This document shows, piece after piece, positions 11,116 through 22,650 of a stretch of 64,000 bases of DNA. This DNA comes from Macrostomum lignano (lineage: Eukaryota). The stretch covers positions 248,001-312,000 of the forward strand of contig NIVC01000099.1 in assembly GCA_002269645.1 (NCBI GenBank), in the 5' to 3' direction. The position numbers and the translations under genes are program-made. How positions within the stretch are numbered: position 1 is the stretch's first letter; the number at the start of each line of letters is the position of its first letter. Below the pieces are notes generated by a model, which was not told the origin of the DNA, did no database searches, and saw nothing but the letters and a program-made list of their open reading frames with translations.

Positions 11116-11588
11116 TCAGCCTTTGCAGGCCGCCAGCACTGCGTCGGCAATCTTCTGGCAATCGGCGGCGGCCGGGAACCGCCCGGTCTGCAGCTTGGAG
11201 TACACCTGGCTGCCGTTGATGAACACCTCGAACTTGGACGTGGCGGTGGGCGTCGCCTCGTACGTGAAGTCCGCATTGTCGCCCGAACCGCCCAGCAGGT
11301 CCAGCAGCTCCTCTTTGAAGCGCCGGAACCTGGGGGCGTAGCCTCAGGCTCCGCTGCGATTAAGGTTGAATGGGAAATTGACAGGAAACTTATTTCATAA
11401 TTCTCAACGCTCTGGGATTAGCGCGAAATTGTTCGCTTTTGATCAACTGAAAAGTCTTAAGGCACAGGTGGAAAACTGCTCCAGTCACCGCTGGCATGAG
11501 AAATTTTATACGTTGTTGCTCTGAATTGTGCCCTCACAAGCTCGTAAAAATTGACTCACCAGTAAACGACGTGCACCTTGACTACCAT
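11116..11588 (-). CDS. SELENOW: Selenoprotein W (Rdx family), 88 aa, with in-frame UGA read as Sec
   Basis: Exon 1 11588-11560 (MVVKVHVVY-TG|GTGAGT), exon 2 11353-11116 (CGCAG|C GGA GCC TGA GGC TAC). Gives MVVKVHVVYCGA(U)GYAPRFRRFKEELL...SKFEVFINGSQVYSKLQTGRFP...ACKG*. CxxU motif with TGA at 11346-11344. Confidence 0.92.
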
Positions 11589-11762
11589 GACTGGGACTGA
11601 GCGAGCTTGGTTAGAAATGTAGCGCCGAGTGTAATTGTTGACTTATTGTGCAGTCTGGAGTATCGGGAAATGAAAATAAGTTCAATTTAATAGCAGATTT
11701 GGCTTGTGATCGCTTATGAGTACCTGGCCTAACACATGGGCTGGGTAGGTGGGACTTCTTAG

Positions 11763-12735
11763 GAGGGGTCGGTCAGAACTGTGTGTACATTGGGGTGGAT
11801 GGAGGGGTCGGTCAGAGCTGTGTGTACATTGGGGTGGGTGGAGGGGGTCGGTTAGAGCTGTGTGTACAATGGGGTGGGTGGAGGGTCGGTTAGAGCTGTG
11901 TGTACATTGGAGTGAGTGGAGGGGTCGGTCAGAACTGTGTGTACATTGGAGTGAGTGGAGGGGTCGGTTAGAGCTGTGTGTACATTGGAGTGAGTGGAGG
12001 GGTCGGTTAGAGCTGTGTGTACATTGGAGTGAGTGGAGGGGTCGGTTAGAGCTGTGTGTACATTGGGGTGGATGGAGGGGTCGGTTAGAGCTGTGTGTAC
12101 ATTGGAGTGAGTGGAGGGGTCGGTCAGAACTGTGTACATTGGAGTGAGTGGAGGGGTCGGTTAGAGCTGTGTGTACATTGGAGTGGATGGAGGGGTCGGT
12201 CAGAGCTGTGTGTACATTGGAGTGAGTCGAGAGGGTCGGTCAGAACTGTGTGTACATTGGGGTGGATGGAGGGGTCGGTTAGAGCTGTGTGTACATTGGA
12301 GTGGATGGAGGGGTCGGTCAGAGCTGTGTGTACATTGGGGTGGGTGGAGGGGTCGGTTAGAGCTGTGTGTACATTGGGGTGGGTGGAGGGGGTCGGTTAG
12401 AGCTGTGTGTACATTGGGGTGGGTGGAGGGGGTCGGTTAGAGCTGTGTGTACATTGGAATGAGTGGAGGGGTCGGTCAGAGTTGTGTGTACATTGGGGTG
12501 GGTGGAGGGGGTCGGTTAGAGCTGTGTGTACATTGGGGTGGGTGGAGGGGGTCGGTTAGAGCTGTGTGTACATTGGGGTGGGTGGAGGGGTCGGTTAGAG
12601 CTGTGTGTACATTGGGGTGGGTGGAGGGGTCGGTTAGAGCTGTGTGTACATTGGGGTGGGTGGAGGGGGTCGGTTAGAGCTGTGTGTACAATGGGGTGGG
12701 TGGAGGGTCGGTTAGAGCTGTGTACATTGGGATGG
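11763..12735 (+). repeat. ~39-bp G-rich minisatellite, ~25 copies
   Basis: Unit GGGGTCGGTTAGAGCTGTGTGTACATTGG(A/G)GTG(A/G)GTGGA. Confidence 0.96.
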
Positions 12736-13479
12736 GTTGAGAGAGTGCAATGGGGTAGAGGGTTTCGATCAAGATGGTTGGTTGAAAAAGTTAACGCGAT
12801 GCTATCCTGTTGGCATAAAGGTAATAAATCACAAAATGAGACGCAATTCTATACATCGGTAGGTGCAGGGCTGGTCTTCAAACAATGTATTTGAGTCGCC
12901 GGTTCCTATTACATGTATGTTACCATCGCCAAAGGCTGCTGGTGATCTAACAAAAACAAAAAAACTGAAAGAAATCGCGTAAATAATCAATTAAAAAAAC
13001 TGTTTGTGGACATGGCCAGGTAGGATTAGTATCGCTCTACGTTCTAAGTATACTCAGCAACATTGATAAGTCGCCACCCTTTGCCCCAGTGAGCATTGAA
13101 AAAACTTAAATGCTTGAAAAATCGATGAAAACCGGGCGGAAGCTTCAATCCATCCAATCTTCGCCCTCCGCTCTTCCCAATCCTCCTCACGCAGCCCAAC
13201 TCTGCGTCGCGTGGCGCAAGTTGCGTCACTCAAAAGTCAATCCTGAGCTGGAATTTACTGCGCAATCTCAAAGGTGGCGAATTTTTAATGTTGTTGAGTA
13301 CAAATCTGGAAAAGCAGTCATACATAAGGTGAATAAATTTAAGCGCGTTAAGTTAGTAAAAATCGAAGGCAAATGTGAGAAGCAAACTGAATGAACAAAA
13401 GCGAAATTTTCTTTGAAGTTTGCAAAAAATGAGAAAAAAGGTTTAATTTAGGGATTGGGGAGACTGACGACGTTGAATG

Positions 13480-13926
13480 GGCCTGAGTGTACATTGGGGA
13501 CTGGGGAGGGGGCTGAATTGGGCCAGAGTGTACATTGGGGACTGGGGAGGGGGCTGAATTGGGCCTGAGTGTACATTGGGGACTGGGGAGGGGGCTGAAT
13601 TGGGCCAGAGTGTACATTGGGGACTGGGTAGGGGGCTGAATTGGGCCAGAGTGTACATTGGGGACTGGGGAGGGGGCTGAATTGGGCCAGAGTGTACATT
13701 GGGGACTGGGGAGGGGGCCAGAGTGTACATTGGGGACTGGGCAGGGGGGCCAGAGTGTACATTGGGGACTGGGGAGGGGGCTGAATTGGGCCAGAGTGTA
13801 CATTGGGGACTGGGGAGGGGCTGAATTGGGCCAGAGTGTACATTGGGGACTGGGGAAGGGGCTGAATTGGGCCAGAGTGTACATTGGGGACTGGGGAGGG
13901 GGCTGAATTGGGCCAGAGTGTACATT
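13480..13926 (+). repeat. 41-bp G-rich minisatellite, ~11 copies
   Basis: Unit GTGTACATTGGGGACTGGGGAGGGGGCTGAATTGGGCCAGA. Confidence 0.96.
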
Positions 13927-14387
13927 TTGTGTGGCTACTGTGTAATTTGCGTACAAGGTAAGTGAGCTTAATTGCGTAGTAAGTTTTTTTTGCGTTTCAA
14001 TTTCAATGCGTTTTGAGCAGTGATTTTCTAGCATTTAACACAAATCTGATCAGCTCGTGCCGCTGAAGATTTTACTAGTCCGAAATCTCTGCTCAGCTCA
14101 TTAATAATAAGCCGCTTGAAACAAAAAGTCAACTAAAAATCTACAGAGGAATGAAACGCACCAAAGCCCCGGGTAAGGAGAAATGCGAAATTAACGACAC
14201 GAATACAGAGACGAGCGCAAGCAGAGATCCGGCCTCAGAGAACTGCATGGACGCAAAAATTAAGAACAGAAATCTTCAAAAGAATGAATTAAAAATTTTA
14301 AAGATCGCTTTGACTGCATAGTTCGTTTGCTGCTTTCTATTAAGACGATTTAAACTGAAAAGTAAAGGCGGAGTGCCGGCACAGCCC

Positions 14388-15137
14388 GAGGATCTGAGAG
14401 GCTAGCCCAGCAACTGAGGATCTGAGAGGCTGGCCCAGCAACTGAGGATCTGAGAGGCTGGCCCAGCAACTGAGGATTTGAGAGGCTGGCCCAGCAACTG
14501 AGGATCTGAGAGGCTGGCCCAGCAACTGAGGATCTGAGAGGCTGGCCCAGCAACTGAGGATCTGGGAGGCTGGCCCAGCAACTGAGGATCTGGGAGGCTG
14601 GCCCAGCAACTGGGGATCTGAGAGGCTGGCCCAGCAACTGAGGATCTGAGAGGCTGGCCCAGCAACTGAGGATCTGGGAGGCTGGCCCAGCAACTGAGGA
14701 TCTGAGAGGCTGGCCCAGCAACTGAGGATCTGGGAGGCTGGCCCAGCAACTGAGGATCTGGGAGGCTGGCCCAGCAACTGGGGATCTGAGAGGCTGGCCC
14801 AGCAACTGAGGATCTGAGAGGCTGGCCCAGCAACTGAGGATCTGAGAGGCTGGCCCAGCAACTGAGGATCTGAGAGGCTGGCCCAGCAACTGAGGATCTG
14901 AGAGGCTGGCCCAGCAACTGAGGATCTGGGAGGCTGGCCCAGCAACTGGGGATCTGAGAGGCTGGCCCAGCAACTGAGGATCTGAGAGGCTGGCCCAGCA
15001 ACTGAGGATCTGGGAGGCTGGCCCAGCAACTGAGGATCTAGGAGGCTGGCCCAGCAACTGGGGATCTGGGAGGCTGGCCCAGCAACTGAGGATCTGGGAG
15101 ACTGGCCCAGCAACTGAGGATATGGGAGGCTGGCCCA
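14388..15137 (+). repeat. 28-bp minisatellite (GGCTGGCCCAGCAACTGAGGATCTG(A/G)GA)n, ~27 copies
   Basis: Read directly; explains the minus-strand ORFs 14340-15138. Confidence 0.97.
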
Positions 15138-15244
15138 TTGTTAATGAATTATACCTACTTAGCGGCTGAGCCTCAGTTAGTTACCGTGTAATACGAGTTA
15201 TTACACGAAATACACGGAAACGGTCAAGCTAGGCCAAATAGCGC

Positions 15245-18200
15245 TCACTCAGTGGAGCCAGGCTTGGCAGTGGCCCAGCTAGGATGGCCATCGTATTGCT
15301 GCTGCTGTTGCTGCTGCGAGCCGCTGGGAGCGGCAGAGGCTGCCATCGCCGTGGCGGCAGCAGCAGCGCCACCGCTCCGCCCGTGCCCAAAGGACACCAG
15401 CGAGCTGGACCGGCTCGCCGGGCCGTCCGCCTGGTCTGCCAGCGCCTCCACCGAGCTGGCGCCGTCGCCTTCGTAAGTCGCTGCCGCCACCGTCGCTGCT
15501 GCTGACGTGCCCGAAGCTGCAGGCAGACCCGCCTGCTGCTGCTGCTGCTGAAGCGGCGGCGGCTGCCTCGCCAGGTGGTCGCGCAGAGCCTGCGGCTCGC
15601 ACGGGCACTGGAAGTGCACTACGTGGAACACCTCGTTGGCAGTGTTCATGGTGCCGATGATGCGGACGAAGACCACTGGCCTGGGGGAGAATGTGATCAC
15701 CTGCCAGGAGCGACAGGGCGTGCGGCTGGCGTCCCAGACTCGATCCCAGTGCGTCTGGTCGCAGCTGGTGTCCACCTGGGGGTTAGAGTGGGAGTCCACG
15801 TGATATTTTCCTATGTATGGTACACCTGTGACAGGAATTCTATCATGTACACCTGTGATAGGAATTCTATGGTGATAGGAATTCTATCATGTACACCTGT
15901 GATAGGAATTCTATGGTGTACACCTGTGATGTATTCTATGGTGTACACCTGTGATAGGAATTCTATGGTGTACACCTGTGATAGTAATTCTATCATGCAC
16001 ACCTGTGATAGGAATTCTATGGTGTACACCTGTGATAGGTATTCTATGGTGTACACCGGTGATAGGAATTCTATGGTGTACACCTGTGACAGGAATTCTA
16101 TGGTGTACACCTGTGATAGGAATTCTATGGTGTACACCTGTGATAGGAGTTCTATGGTGTACACCTGTGATAGGAATTCTATGGTGTACACCTGTGATGT
16201 ATTCTATGGTGTACACCGGTGATAGGAATTCTATGGTGTACACCTGTGACAGGAATTCTATGGTGTACACCTGTGATAGGAGTTCTATGGTGTACACCTG
16301 TGATAGGAGTTCTATGGTGTACACCTGTGATAGGAATTCTATGGTGTACACCTGTGATAGTAATTCTATCATGCACACCTGTGATAGGAATTCTATGGTG
16401 TACACCTGTGATAGGAATTCTATGGTGTACACCTGTGATAGGAATTCCATGGTGTACACCTGTGATAGGAATTCTATGGTGTACACCTGTGATAGGAGTT
16501 CTATGGTGTACACCTGTGATAGGAATTCTATGGTGTACACCTGTGATAGGAATTCTATGGTGTACACCTGTGACAGGAATTCTATCATGCACACCTGTGA
16601 TAGGAATTCTATGGTGTACACCTGTGATAGGAATTCTATGGTGTACACCTGTGATAGGTATTCTATGGTGTACACCTGTGACAGGAATTCTATCATGCAC
16701 ACCTGTGATAGGAATTCTATGGTGTACATCTGTGACAGGAATTCTATCATGCACACCTGTGATAGGAATTCTATCTTGTACACCTGTAATAGAAGTCCAA
16801 CTAACAATTGCGAATTCTAAGGAAACGTCCTGGCAGCAACAATCCCAAAAAAAAGACGGCCCACTAACAGTGTAGGAGTAGGCTCTCTGGTCCAGATCCC
16901 ACAGAAGCAGCTGCATGGAGCCGATGTAGTAGGGCTGGGACAGCTGCACAACAATGGCGCCATTGCCCAGCTGGTGGCAGGTGTAGCCGGAGTCCCAGTC
17001 GTAATTCTTTGTGTCGCCGTTAATTAGAGCGTTGCGCAACCTGCTAACGCCTTCGATAACGCAGGCGGACTTTGCTACGGTAGCCACATTCTCCTCCGGC
17101 GTTATGAGCCCGTCAGTGAGCACGAACTGGCGTCTGGTGTAGAAAGCCTCCAGCGCCACACAGTGGAACACCCGGTTGACTGTGTTGTGCGTGCCCACTA
17201 TGCGGATGTACCGCACCACCCGCTCGGGGAAGTACAGCTCCTGCCAGCTGCGGCACAGGTAGGCCCGGTGGTCGATCACCTGGACCCAATCCGTCTCGTT
17301 GATGCTCACCTGATGGTGTTGGGGAGGGGGCTATTTATTGAGCCTCACCTTACTATAGTAGCTATGACTCACTTCAGTATAGTAGCTATATGAATCACCT
17401 CAGTATAGCAGCTATATGACTCACCTCAGTATAGCAGCTATATGACTCACCTCAGTATAGCAGCTATATGACTCACCTCAGTATAGTATCTATATGACTC
17501 ATCTCAGTATAGTAGCTATGACTCACCTCAGTATAGTATTGCAGCTATATGACTCACCTCAGTACAGTATAGCAGCTATATGACTCACCTCAGTACAGTA
17601 TAGCAGCTATATGACTCACCTCAGTACAGTATAGCAGCTATATGACTCACCTCAGTATAGTAGCTATTTAGTTATAGATGACTCACCGGCATATGGTAGC
17701 TATGATTTACCCCCAATATAAATCACCCCAACATAGTAGCTATTTGACTCACCTCAATATAGTAACTATAGGACCTGGTGTCCTTGTCCCACAGAAGCAG
17801 TCGCAGCAGGTTAATGATGGAAGGTTGGCCGAGCTTTACTACAATGCAGCCATTCTTATCATCTATTGGGTGCCGAGTGAAGCCGCGGTCCAGATCGTAG
17901 TTGACGGTGTCCCCGTCCAGCAGGACGACCCGGCACTCGCCTTTGGTCACCTGGGCGCCGTGGCGGATAGTGGCCAGGTTTTCCTCGGGCAGCAGGATGC
18001 CTCGATACCGGAGTTCGCAGTCCTTGCGAGCGTTTTTCTCCTGTGGGCGGTTTAAATCAGGTGATTAGAATCCCCAGGCGATTTAGAATCCTCAATGCGA
18101 TTAGAATCCCCAGGTGATTAGAATCCCCAGGCAATTAGAATCCCAAGGCGATTTAGAATCCTCAATGCGATTAGAATACTCAGGTGATCAGAATCCTCGG

Positions 18201-21200
18201 GTGATTAGAATCCTCAGGCAATTAGAATCTCAGGTGATTAGAATCCTCAGGTGATGGTTAGAATCCTCAGGTGATGATTAGAGTCATCAGGTGATGATTA
18301 GAGTCATCAGGTGATTAGAATCATCAGGTAATGATTAGAATCCTCAGGTGATGATTAGAATCCTCGTGCAATGGCTAGAATCCATAGGTGATGCTCAGAG
18401 TCATCAGGTGATTAGAATTCTCAGGTGATGGTTAGAATCCTCAGGTAATGATTAGAATCCTCAGGTGATGATTAGAATCCTCAGGTGATGATTAGAATCC
18501 TCGTGTAATGGCTAGAATCCACAGGTGATGCTCAGAGTCATCAGGTGATTAGAATTCTCAGGTGATGGTTAGAATCCTCAGGTGATGATTAGAATCCTCG
18601 TGTAATGGCTAGAATCCACATGTGATGCTCAGAGTCATCAGGTGATTAGAATCCTCAGGTGATGGTTAGAATCATCAGGTAATGATTAGAATCCTCAGGT
18701 GATGATTAGAATCCTCGTGCAATGGCTAGAATCCACAGGTGATGCTCAGAGTCATCAGGTGATTAGAATCCTCAGGTGATGGTTAGAATCATCAGGTAAT
18801 GATTAGAATCCTCAGGTAATGATTAGAATCCTCAGGTAATGATTAGAATCCTCAGGTAATGATTAGAATCCTCAGGTGATGATTAGAATCCTCGTGTAAT
18901 GGCTAGAATCCACAGGTGATGCTCAGAGTCATCAGGTGATTAGAATTCTCAGGTGATGGTTAGAATCCTCAGGTGATGATTAGAATCCTCGTGCAATGGC
19001 TAGAATCCACAGGTGATGCTCAGAGTCATCAGGTGATTAGAATCCTCAGGTGATGGTTAGAATCCTTAGGTAATGATTAGAATCCTCAGGTGATGGTTAG
19101 AATCCTTAGGTAATGATTAGAATCCTCGGGTGATGATTAGAATCCTTAGGTAATGATTAGAATCCTCAGGTGATGATTAGAATCCTCAGGTGATGATTAG
19201 AATCCTCGAGTAATTATTTCGAGACCAGCAACTGTCTAAGGCAGCGAAGCCTCACCTGAATGGCATCTAGCAAGGCATCCGGGCTGATCTGGCCGCTGGG
19301 CCGCACGGTGTGAAGCAAGTCAGACAGACTGATCAGCTCGAGTCGGAGACAGGCATAGATGCTGCGCGCCTCATCAGGCGTCAGTTCGTTTGGCGGACGG
19401 GCGAGGCACCAGGCGCGCACAGCGTTGAATATCTGGCATTCGTCAGCGAAGAAGCTGTCCCGCGAGATGAGCTGCACCAGGGCCTGGCGGGACAGGCTCA
19501 GGAAGCCGGCGCTGGCGCTGCTGACCAGCGACACCTGCTGCTGATGAGGCTGGAGATGCTGAGGCTCAATGCTGTTCGCTGCGCTGATTGGCTGCAAGGA
19601 AGTGAGCATGGAAGGAAGACTCGGTAAAATCCATAGAACAAAGATCAATTTATTAATAAAGTTGGTTGCTCGGAAATAATTTTAATTCTTTCAAATCAAG
19701 CCCATAGAAGGTATTAAAAACATTTAGCCACCTGCTGCTGCTGAGAAGTGTTGAGCACGGACTCAAGAATTTTGCTGGCATTTCGGTCGAGAAACTCCAA
19801 ACAGGTGGAGCATAGAGACGACAGACTGTAGGCAGTAGCCAAATTGTACACCAGCGCTATGTTGTTGTGGGTCAGACTGGCTTTGAGAAACTCGGACAGA
19901 GCTGTCTCCAGTTGGACAAAGTTGAATTGGTGAGCCAGGCCTAGGAGGTCCAAGATGGCGTCCTCCTATAGAGTTTGTTTTGTGGTTTAATAGGTTTTTA
20001 GAGTTTACTAGCAATCTTTGCCCCCCCCCCCCAATGGAAAAAGCAATAGAAAAAGCAAACAAAGTATAAGCAGACATGCCACTTTCTTAACTATGGACTA
20101 TATGAACAAGATATAGGCAATATATGTTCCTGGCGAAATTCAAAAATTGGGGGCATGTTTTTTGAAAATTTGTTTTTTGGCAATTTAAAAGCAATAAAGC
20201 TAAAAAATAAATTTATGACTTTTAAAAAGTTAGAAACATCTAACATCTACAAGCACAAATATTCACATATAGCCTTATTTTTAATAAAATGATTTGTAGA
20301 TTATTTGTAGAAATTACTGTAGAAGCCAGGTAACACATTGGAAGTCCTATAAGGATCAGAAAAATTGCATTTTACTCAGCTTCTACAGAAGCAATTTGGA
20401 AAATTCTTTCTTCTCGCATATATGCCGCGATGATACATATTTTAGTGTAATTTCATTGTTCTTTGTCACTTAATAAGCATATATTCAGTTGGGGAGAAAG
20501 TTCCCGCAGTTTCTAGAACTTTCTGTCTAAGAACTTTCTGGGACATTCCAGAGCCCAGCTGTGTGGGTATATATTGAGGGTGGGTGTGTGTGATTCTAAC
20601 ATGCTATTTAAACCAAAGAGATTACTCACTAGTCAGCAGCATTATGGATCTCTCTCGGGCCTATATTTGTGGTCTCCTGCTCTACGACTTCAAATCTGGA
20701 CTGTCAGCCGCAGAATCCAGCCGCTGCATCAACGCTGCATTTGGTGCGGGTACTGTGTTTGAAAGCACTGCCCAGGACTGGTTTGCGCGGTTTTGCCAGG
20801 GAAATTTTAACCTCGAAGATTTGCCCCAGTCAGGCCATCCCTCCAAGGTTGATGACGACCGGCTGCGCAGACTCGTAGAGGCTGACCCTCGGCAAACCAC
20901 GCGTGAGTTAGCGCAAGTCCTTGATGTAGACCATAAAATGGTCACCAGTCATTTGCATCAGCTGGGCAAGGTGGTACAAGCTGGCACAATGGGTACCCCA
21001 CCAATTGTCAGATTGGGACAAGGAGCGCAGGGCAGAGGTGGCCACTTCTCTCCTCTCCTACAGGCGCACGCACAACTGGCTGAAGTCCATCGTTATAGGC
21101 AATGAAAAGTGGTGCCTGTACGTCAACATCAAATGTCGACGATTATAGGTTGATGCTGACGCGACACCTGAGCTGCAGCTAAAGTCCGGACTCTACCCAT

Positions 21201-22588
21201 GCAAGGTCATGCTGTGCGTGTGGTGGGACTGCAAGGGCATCATCTACTACGAACTGCTGCCACCCAACACATTGATTATAGCCGACCTATACTGCCAACA
21301 GCTAGACCGATTGGCCGCCGCCATTGCACAGAAGCATCCAAACCATGGCCTGGTACGATTCCTCTATGATAACGCTCGTCCACACACGAGCTAGGGTGAC
21401 TCGCCAAAAGCTACTGGACCTTGGCTGGGAATTTGTGCCCCATCCACCATATTCACCAGACTTGGCACCAAGCGACTATCACCTGTTTTTGTCTCTGGCC
21501 AACGCCTTGAACAACAAAACCTTCGCTGATGATGAAGAGCTTGATAACTGGCTGAACAACTTTTTCACTTCAAAGCCAGAGAAATTTTACAGTGATGGTA
21601 TTATGAGTCTGCCTGAAAAATGGCAGAAGGTGATCGATTGTGATGGTGATTATTTTGTTTCTTAATTGGCTTTTTTTTAAAAACTGTTTGACAGAAAGTT
21701 CTAGAAACCGTGGGAACTTTCTCCCCAACCAAATAGTAAGCATTTGATTTGGATACTGGGTTCACATTTTGTGGTACCATTTTTACCAAAAAATTTAAGT
21801 CTAAATATAAGCATATCACATACACTAATACTATGCAAGTTGATATTTTAATGAAAGAAAACAACTTGACAATTTTTTTCAACAAGGGATTAGCAGTATA
21901 TTTACTTTTAGAGAAAGACAAGCTGTTAAAACCCGCGGATTTTGAACCCGGGGAATTCCAATCCCGGAACTATTTTTGCATATTGAGATTAAACTCAAAC
22001 AAAAACATTTATTAGTTGGGATAGAGTTAAACATAAAATAGAGTACATTCGTGTAAAATTAGGATTTGGGGCAAACATTGATATTGTTGGCTGGGGTGCT
22101 GCGCAGAATGTCAGGAAAACTCTGGCCTCTACCTCTGCCTCTCCCTATTTCCATTGCATCCTTTGAAACTTCTATCTTCTCTTCTGTTTTCTCACTTCTC
22201 TCTTGTCTCTTCTCTCTCCTCTCATCTCTTCTTTCTTTTCTCCTCTGTCCCCTCTTCTTTTGTCTCTTCCCTCTATTCGTTTCTCTCTCCTTTCCTCTCT
22301 TCTCTCTCGTCTCTGCTCTCTCATCTCTCCTTTCTCCTCTTTTATCTCTTCTCATTTCTCTCTGCTCTCTCCTCTCTCTTCTCTCTCTTCTCTCTCTACT
22401 CTCTCTTCCCTCTCCTCTCCTCTCTTCTCACTCATTACATTACCCTCTCTCAACACTTCCCTCATCTCTCCTCTCTCCTTTCTCTTCTCTTCTCTCCACT
22501 CTCTCCTCTCATCTCTTCTATCGTCTCTTTCCTCACCTCTCTTCTCTCTCATCTTTGCTCTCTTATCTTTTCTCTCTTATCTCTTCTC

Positions 22589-22650
<62 letters not shown>

